DNA of 64,000 bases, from assembly GCA_963667465.2 (NCBI GenBank), contig CAXXDN010000002.1, forward strand, positions 32,001 to 96,000. The letters are read 5' to 3'. The position numbers and the translations under genes were made by a program. Shown here in pieces: positions 58,569-64,000 of the stretch. Under the pieces are notes generated by a model that was not told the origin of the DNA, did not search any database, and saw only the letters and a program-made list of their open reading frames with translations. How positions within the stretch are numbered: position 1 is the stretch's first letter; every line of letters begins with the position of its first letter. The stretch comes from Dehalococcoidia bacterium (GTDB lineage: Bacteria > Chloroflexota > Dehalococcoidia > UBA2979).

Positions 58569-58847
58569 ATGCCGGGAAACACCTACTCGACGTACGAGGC
58601 GAAGGCGCGCTTCTCCGAGGTGCTGCGCCAGGTCCGCACGGGAACGATCGTCACCGTCACGTATCGGGGGGAGCCCGTCGCCGAGATCCGCCCGATCGAG
58701 CCCGGCCCCAAGACGATCGAGGAGCGGCTCGATGAACTCAGGCAGAGCGGCGTGCTGGTCCGGTCCCGCGAACCCAGAAAACCGTTCCGGCCAGTGGCGC
58801 ACATCCCGGGCGCGCTTGAGCGGTTCCTCGCCGACCGCAACAGGTGA
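58569..58847 (+). CDS. Phd/YefM antitoxin
   Basis: YSTYEAKARFSEVLR, YRGEPVAEI. Confidence 0.9.
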   Translation: MPGNTYSTYEAKARFSEVLRQVRTGTIVTVTYRGEPVAEIRPIEPGPKTIEERLDELRQSGVLVRSREPRKPFRPVAHIPGALERFLADRNR

Positions 58848-59224
58848 GCGTCGCCTACGTCGATTCCTCCGTGCTGGTCGCTCTCGCGGTCGGTGAGCCG
58901 ACGCGACCGATGCTGGAACGCCGGATGGGGGAATTCTCGACACTCCTATCGTCGAACCTGCTCGAGGCCGAACTCAGATCGGCCCTCAGCCGCGAGCGGC
59001 GAACCCTTGATCGCGCACTCCTCGCCGGCATCGAATGGGTGCTGCCGGACAGGCCTCTGACTTCCGAGTTCGAGGCGGTGCTGGCTGCCGGCCAGCTGCG
59101 GGGCGCCGACCTCTGGCATGTGGCGGCGGCGCTTTTCGTCGCGCACGAGCCGGGCAGCACTGCCTTTCTCACGCTCGACCAGCGGCAACGAGCGGTTGCC
59201 GAGGCTCTCGGCTTCGCGACCTGA
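58844..59224 (+). CDS. vapC: PIN-domain VapC toxin
   Basis: AYVDSS, LRGADLWHVA.A, FLTLD. Confidence 0.9.
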   Translation: MSVAYVDSSVLVALAVGEPTRPMLERRMGEFSTLLSSNLLEAELRSALSRERRTLDRALLAGIEWVLPDRPLTSEFEAVLAAGQLRGADLWHVAAALFVAHEPGSTAFLTLDQRQRAVAEALGFAT

Positions 59225-59266
59225 TCCGGCGCGCCTCGCGCCTCGCGCCTCGTGCCGCGCGCGCCC

Positions 59267-60901
59267 TCAGTCGCCGCGCGCGGCTGAGCGGCCGGCGAGG
59301 TAGCCGAAGGTGAGGGCGGGGCCGATCGTGCCGCCGCCCCCGCCGTAGCCGGGGCCGGTCGGCGCGGCGATCGTGTTGCCCGCGGCGTGCAGCCCGGCGA
59401 TCGGCTCGCCGCGCACGTCCAGCACGCGCCCCTCGGCGTCGACGCGCAGCCCGCTGCTCGTGCCGAGCACGGCGACATGCACCTCGATCGCATAGTAGGG
59501 CGGGCCGCCGATCGGGCCGAGCGTGCGGGCGCGGCCCTCGCGCGAAGAGTCGCCCGTCGCGCGGTCGTACGAGCCCTCGCCGCGCCCGAAGTCGGGGTCG
59601 GCGCCAAGCGCGGCCTGCTCGTCGAAGCGCGCGACCGTTTCGCGCAGGCTCGCGGCGTCAATGCCGCAGCGGGCGGCGAGCGCATCGAGGCTTGGCGAGG
59701 GCTCCAGCCACGGCGGGTCCGGCTCGCCGGGCGCGGCGCTGAGCAGACCATAGGCGCGGCGATAGGACTCGCCGAAGAGGAACCAGGCGGGGCGGTTCGG
59801 GTAGGTGAACGCGCCGGGGTCGAAGACGTGGAAGGCGCGCACGATGTCGTGGTAGTTCACCGCCTCGTTCACGAAGCGGCGTCCGAGGCGATTCACGAGG
59901 ATCGAGCCCGGCAGCGAACGCGGCCCGGAGAGGAAGCGCAGCTCGCCCTGCGCGTCGCCGGCGCTCGCGCCCTCGCCCGTGAGGCGCACGGCCAGCGTCC
60001 ACCACGCCTCGCCGAGGTTGGCGAGGGCCGCGCCGCGCTCCATGCCCATGCGGAGCGCGTCGCCCTCGGCGAGTCCCGGTGGGCTCAGCAGCGCGTCGAC
60101 GGGGCCGCGCAGCCACTCGCGGCGCAACTCGGCGTCCCACTCGAAGCCGCCCGCCGCCAGCACCACGCCCCGCCGCGCCTCGATGCGCAGCGTCTCGCCG
60201 TCGCGCTCGGCCTCGAGGCCGGCGACGCGCCCGGCGGCGTCGGTGAGCAGGCGGCGCGCCCGTACGGAGCGCTCGATGCGCACGCCGTGCCCGAGGGCGC
60301 CCGCGATCAGCGACCCGACGAGCCCGCGTCCGCCGACCCACTCGCCGGAGTCGAGCACGAGGCCGCCGCCGGACCAGCTCACGCTGTAGGGCAGCGGCCT
60401 GGTGATCGCCTCGGCGAGATCGCCGAGGGCGGATGGGTCGAAGGGCGCGGGGTCCAGCGAGCGGCCGTTGGCGGCCCCGCCGGGCAGGTCGGCCTGGTAG
60501 TCGGGGAAGGGCAGCACGCCGCCCGCGGGGTTGCCGCGCCCCGCCGCGCTGAAGCGCAGCGGCGTCTCCGCCTCCAGGAAGCGCGCGGCCTCCGGCGCGG
60601 CGGCGACGAATGCCTCGAGGACCGAGGGGTCGGCGCGGCCGAGCGAGATCGCGCGCAGGTAGTCGAGCGCGCGCTCCGGCGAGTCCGGCAGCTCCAGCTC
60701 GCGCATGTGGTCGTTGTTCGGCAGCCAGGCGACGCCGCCCGAGACCGCGGTGGTGCCGCCGAGGCGGTCCGAGCGTTCGAGCAGCAGCACCGAGCCGCCC
60801 TCGTGCTGCTCGTGCAGTGAAACCGAGGCGCTTACCGCGGCGCTGAGGCCAGCCGCACCCGACCCGACGACGACGACGTCAGCAGCCAGTTCGTTCGCCA
60901 T
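59267..60901 (-). CDS. FAD-dependent oxidoreductase, 3-ketosteroid delta1-dehydrogenase-like
   Basis: GSGAAG, GGTTAVSGG, PDY, GRRFVNE, YGGGGGTIGPA. Confidence 0.85.
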   Translation of the reverse strand: MANELAADVVVVGSGAAGLSAAVSASVSLHEQHEGGSVLLLERSDRLGGTTAVSGGVAWLPNNDHMRELELPDSPERALDYLRAISLGRADPSVLEAFVAAAPEAARFLEAETPLRFSAAGRGNPAGGVLPFPDYQADLPGGAANGRSLDPAPFDPSALGDLAEAITRPLPYSVSWSGGGLVLDSGEWVGGRGLVGSLIAGALGHGVRIERSVRARRLLTDAAGRVAGLEAERDGETLRIEARRGVVLAAGGFEWDAELRREWLRGPVDALLSPPGLAEGDALRMGMERGAALANLGEAWWTLAVRLTGEGASAGDAQGELRFLSGPRSLPGSILVNRLGRRFVNEAVNYHDIVRAFHVFDPGAFTYPNRPAWFLFGESYRRAYGLLSAAPGEPDPPWLEPSPSLDALAARCGIDAASLRETVARFDEQAALGADPDFGRGEGSYDRATGDSSREGRARTLGPIGGPPYYAIEVHVAVLGTSSGLRVDAEGRVLDVRGEPIAGLHAAGNTIAAPTGPGYGGGGGTIGPALTFGYLAGRSAARGD

Positions 60902-60969
60902 GCGGCCATCGTACCCGCGAGCCGCGATACCATCGCTCCGGCCATTGCCCGCAGCCCCGAGGGGGAGTC

Positions 60970-62340
60970 ATGTCGCAGCCGTATCGCTACCCGGACCCGG
61001 ACTCGAGGTCGGCGCAGTTCTTCGCGCGTGCGCGGGGCGTGCTCGCCAATGGCTACAGCCGCGTCGTCGCCTCGGCGCCTGGTCCGGGGCCGTACGTGCT
61101 CTACGCGCGCTCGGCGCAGGGCGCGCGGGTGACCGACGCCGACGGGCAGGAGTTGATCGACTTCAACAACAACAACACGGCGCTGATTCACGGCCACGCG
61201 CACCCCGCGATCGTCGAGGCGGTCTCGAAGCAGATCGCGTCCGGCAGCGCCTACAGCTTCGGCAGCGAAGCCGAGCTCGACCTCGCCGAGTTGCTGCAGG
61301 AGCGCGTGCCGAGCTGCGATCGGCTGCGCTTCTCCAACTCCGGCACGGAGGCGGTGATGATGGCGATCCGCACCGCCCGCGCCTACACCGGCCGCCCCAG
61401 GATTGCGAAGATCGAGGGCGCCTACCACGGCACGTACGACTACTCGGAGATCTCCTACTGGCCGGGCTCCGATGTCTGGGGCGAGCCCGACCCGGTGCCC
61501 GTGCCCAACGCCGTGGGCGTGCCGCAGACCATCCTCGACGACACGATCGTGATCCCCTGGAACGACCCCGAGGCGGGCGAGCGCCTCCTCGAGCCGCACG
61601 CCGAACAGCTGGCGGCCGTCCTGCTCGACCCCGTCTCGGACGTGGCGGCGCTGGTCCCGCCGACGCCCGAGTTCATTGCGATGCTGCGCGACTTCACCCG
61701 CCGGCACGGCATCGTCTTCATCGTCGACGAAGTCGTCTCGCTGCGGCTCGGCTACGGGGGCGCGCAGGGCGAGTTCGGCATCGAGCCGGACCTCACCACC
61801 TTCGCGAAGATCATCGGCGGCGGTTTCCCTGTCGGCGGGATGGGCGGCAGCGAGGAAATCATGCGCGTCTTCGAGGGCAGCTTCTTTGCCCCCGACCCGG
61901 CCGACCGCCCGCGCATCTCGCACGGCGGCACCTTCAACGGCAACGTCACCTCGATGACCGCGGGGCTGGCGGCGATGGAGCTGCTGACGCCCGCGGTGTG
62001 CGATCGTTTGAACGCGCTCGGCGAGTACGCGCGCGAGGCGCTGCGTGGCGCCTTCGACTCCGCGGGCTATCCCGGCCAGGTGACGGGCATGGGCTCGTTC
62101 TTCCGGCTGCACCTCACCACGCGCCCGATCCGCAACTACCGCGACTCGTGGTGGCGGGAGGATGAGCGAGGCTGGATCTTCCAGCTGCAGGGCCACCTGC
62201 TGCGCAACGGCGTGTTCATGCAGCCGCACATGGGCTGCCTCTCCACCGCGATGACCGAGGCCGACCTCGATCACCTCGCGGGGGCCGTTGAGAGCGGCCT
62301 GCGCGACCTGCTCGCCGAGGGCAAGGCGCCGCAGGCGTGA
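60970..62340 (+). CDS. Class III aminotransferase (GSA-aminomutase-like)
   Basis: NSGTEA, GAYHG, DEV, FAKIIGGGFP, GTFNGN. Confidence 0.92.
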   Translation: MSQPYRYPDPDSRSAQFFARARGVLANGYSRVVASAPGPGPYVLYARSAQGARVTDADGQELIDFNNNNTALIHGHAHPAIVEAVSKQIASGSAYSFGSEAELDLAELLQERVPSCDRLRFSNSGTEAVMMAIRTARAYTGRPRIAKIEGAYHGTYDYSEISYWPGSDVWGEPDPVPVPNAVGVPQTILDDTIVIPWNDPEAGERLLEPHAEQLAAVLLDPVSDVAALVPPTPEFIAMLRDFTRRHGIVFIVDEVVSLRLGYGGAQGEFGIEPDLTTFAKIIGGGFPVGGMGGSEEIMRVFEGSFFAPDPADRPRISHGGTFNGNVTSMTAGLAAMELLTPAVCDRLNALGEYAREALRGAFDSAGYPGQVTGMGSFFRLHLTTRPIRNYRDSWWREDERGWIFQLQGHLLRNGVFMQPHMGCLSTAMTEADLDHLAGAVESGLRDLLAEGKAPQA

Positions 62341-62353
62341 GAGGCTGCCGCCG

Positions 62354-63304
62354 TCAGGCCGGAGCGACGGGGGTGAGCAGGCGGCGCGGATTGCCGACGA
62401 GCATCGTCTCGATCTGCGACTCGCTCACGCCGCGCTCGCGCAGCGCGGGCAGCACCACCTCGTGGATCGTCGTGAACTTCCAGAGCGGGTGGTCCGGCAG
62501 CTCAAGGCCGCGCGGCAGTGCATCGTACGAAGTGGCCGCGTCGTGCGAGAGCAGCACGCTCGCCTCGAGGCCGCGCTTGCAGAGCGCCGCGACCGTCTCG
62601 ATGCGCTCGGCGACGGGCAGCACCACGTCGAGCCCGAAGCGGTCCATCCCGATGAAGCTGCCACGCGCCGCGAGCCGTTCGAGATAGTCGAGGTCCGTGG
62701 TGTCGCCGACGTGCCCGACCGCGACCTGCGTGAGGTCGACGCCCTCGTCGACAAGGACCTCCTGCTGCCGCGCGCCGCTCTCGGTCAGCGCCTCGCTGTG
62801 GGTGATGATCGGGACGCCGGTGGCGAGGTGCGCGCGCGCGATCAGGCGCAGCAGGCGCTCGTTCTCCTCCGTCACCTCCTCGGCGCTGGCGATCTTGAGC
62901 GCTCCGGCGCGGATACTCGTACCGCCGATACCGCGCTCGATGTCGTCGACGAAGAGCTCGACGATGCGCTCGTCGGGCGCATGCAGCAGGAAGCGCGAGG
63001 GGCGGAGGTGCACGCCCGTGCAGACGACGATCTGGACCTCGGCGCGCTCGCCGATCTCCTGCTGCATCGTGACGTCGCGCCCGAGGTCGATGGTGGTCAG
63101 GTCGACGAGCGTGCGCACGCCGACGGACGCCGCCCGCGAGAGCAGGTCGACGGCGTTGGCGACCTCGGCGGGGCGGTCGAAGGCCTGCGGCCAGTTCAGC
63201 TCGAGGCCGGGCGAGACCATCGCAAGGTGCTCGTGGAAGAGCGTGACGCCGAGGTCCCCGGGAGCGACCTCGCCGGTCACGGTGGAAATCGTCGCCATCG
63301 GCAA
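62354..63304 (-). CDS. Phosphotriesterase-related protein
   Basis: TLFHEH, DLTTIDLGRD, LKIA, ITH, GH, LSHD. Confidence 0.92.
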   Translation of the reverse strand: MPMATISTVTGEVAPGDLGVTLFHEHLAMVSPGLELNWPQAFDRPAEVANAVDLLSRAASVGVRTLVDLTTIDLGRDVTMQQEIGERAEVQIVVCTGVHLRPSRFLLHAPDERIVELFVDDIERGIGGTSIRAGALKIASAEEVTEENERLLRLIARAHLATGVPIITHSEALTESGARQQEVLVDEGVDLTQVAVGHVGDTTDLDYLERLAARGSFIGMDRFGLDVVLPVAERIETVAALCKRGLEASVLLSHDAATSYDALPRGLELPDHPLWKFTTIHEVVLPALRERGVSESQIETMLVGNPRRLLTPVAPA

Positions 63305-63396
63305 CCTCCGTCGCTTGCCCGCCGCGGCGGGCGACCGCTCGTACGGTAGCGCCTTCGGCGCTGGCGGGCATGCCGCGGCCGTGAGTGGGTGCGCCT

Positions 63397-64000
63397 GTGG
63401 TTGAGTGGGTCCTGCTGCTCCTGGTCGGCTTCGTGGTCGGCGTCTACGCCGGGTCCGTCGGGGCGGGCGGCGGCTTCCTGTTCGCGCCGATCCTGCTGTG
63501 GCGTTACCCGGAGGCGCCGCCCGAGGAGATTACGACGGCGACGCTGGCCGCGGTCGCCCTCGCGAATGCCGTGGCAGCGGCCTACGCCTGGCTGCACGGG
63601 CGTGTGGACCGCCCGCTCGCCGGGGCGCTGGTCGTCGCCGCGTTGCCGGCCGCGCTGCTGGGGGCCGCTGCGACGTCCCTGATGCCGCGCGCGGCGTTCG
63701 CGTTCGCCTTCGGGCTGCTGCTCGTCTGCACCGGGGTCTACCTGATCTGGCAGCCGGTGGCGCACTTCGTCGCGCCGCTGCGCTCCGGCTGGAGCCGCGA
63801 GTTGCGCGATCGGGCCGGTGTGAGCTTCAGCTACCGCGTGCCGGTCTGGCGCAGCCTCTTCGCCGCGGCCGGCGCGGCGGGCATCAGCACGCTCGTCGGC
63901 CTCGGCGGTGGGCTGTTTTACACGCCGCTCGCGGTGCGCGTGATGCGCATCCCGCACGCGCTCGCGGTGCCGACCGCGCAGGTGCTGATCACCGCGGTCG
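63397..64000 (+). CDS. TauE/SafE sulfite exporter family (runs off window)
   Basis: GVYAGSVGAGGGFLFAP and second GLGGG repeat; hydrophobic. Confidence 0.85.
   Translation, partial: MVEWVLLLLVGFVVGVYAGSVGAGGGFLFAPILLWRYPEAPPEEITTATLAAVALANAVAAAYAWLHGRVDRPLAGALVVAALPAALLGAAATSLMPRAAFAFAFGLLLVCTGVYLIWQPVAHFVAPLRSGWSRELRDRAGVSFSYRVPVWRSLFAAAGAAGISTLVGLGGGLFYTPLAVRVMRIPHALAVPTAQVLITAV

Noticed and set aside
60970-62340. Assignment as hemL
   Set aside because: No heme genes nearby and divergent motifs; kept as a generic class III aminotransferase

Overview
GC-rich bacterial chromosome segment. Gene content suggests Chloroflexota/Dehalococcoidia (SAR202/Tepidiforma-like), possibly a sponge or other host symbiont; this is inference from the many LLM, ACAD and thiolase paralogs, Tat lipoproteins and a plant-type LRR protein. 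About 70 CDSs are present, mostly catabolic: acyl-CoA dehydrogenases, three Ltp2-like thiolase-fold proteins (two with DUF35 partners), LLM monooxygenases, ETF, a KstD-like flavoprotein, SDRs, cyclases and a CoA transferase. Also present are csoR-copA, peptide and Fe(III) ABC transporter parts and a flavin halogenase with an RRE/PqqD-like C-terminal extension. Seven type II toxin-antitoxin modules (one degenerate) are scattered between genes. The clearest structural feature is a 1,976-bp IS1595-family element (23-bp perfect TIRs, 8-bp TSD) carrying passenger genes. It interrupts a surface LRR gene, has sigma70 -35 boxes inside both TIRs, and supplies an outward RBS plus in-frame GTG to the broken gene. 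Two other small cassettes are bounded by direct repeats that duplicate a neighbouring gene's 3' end. No rRNA, tRNA or CRISPR array was seen.
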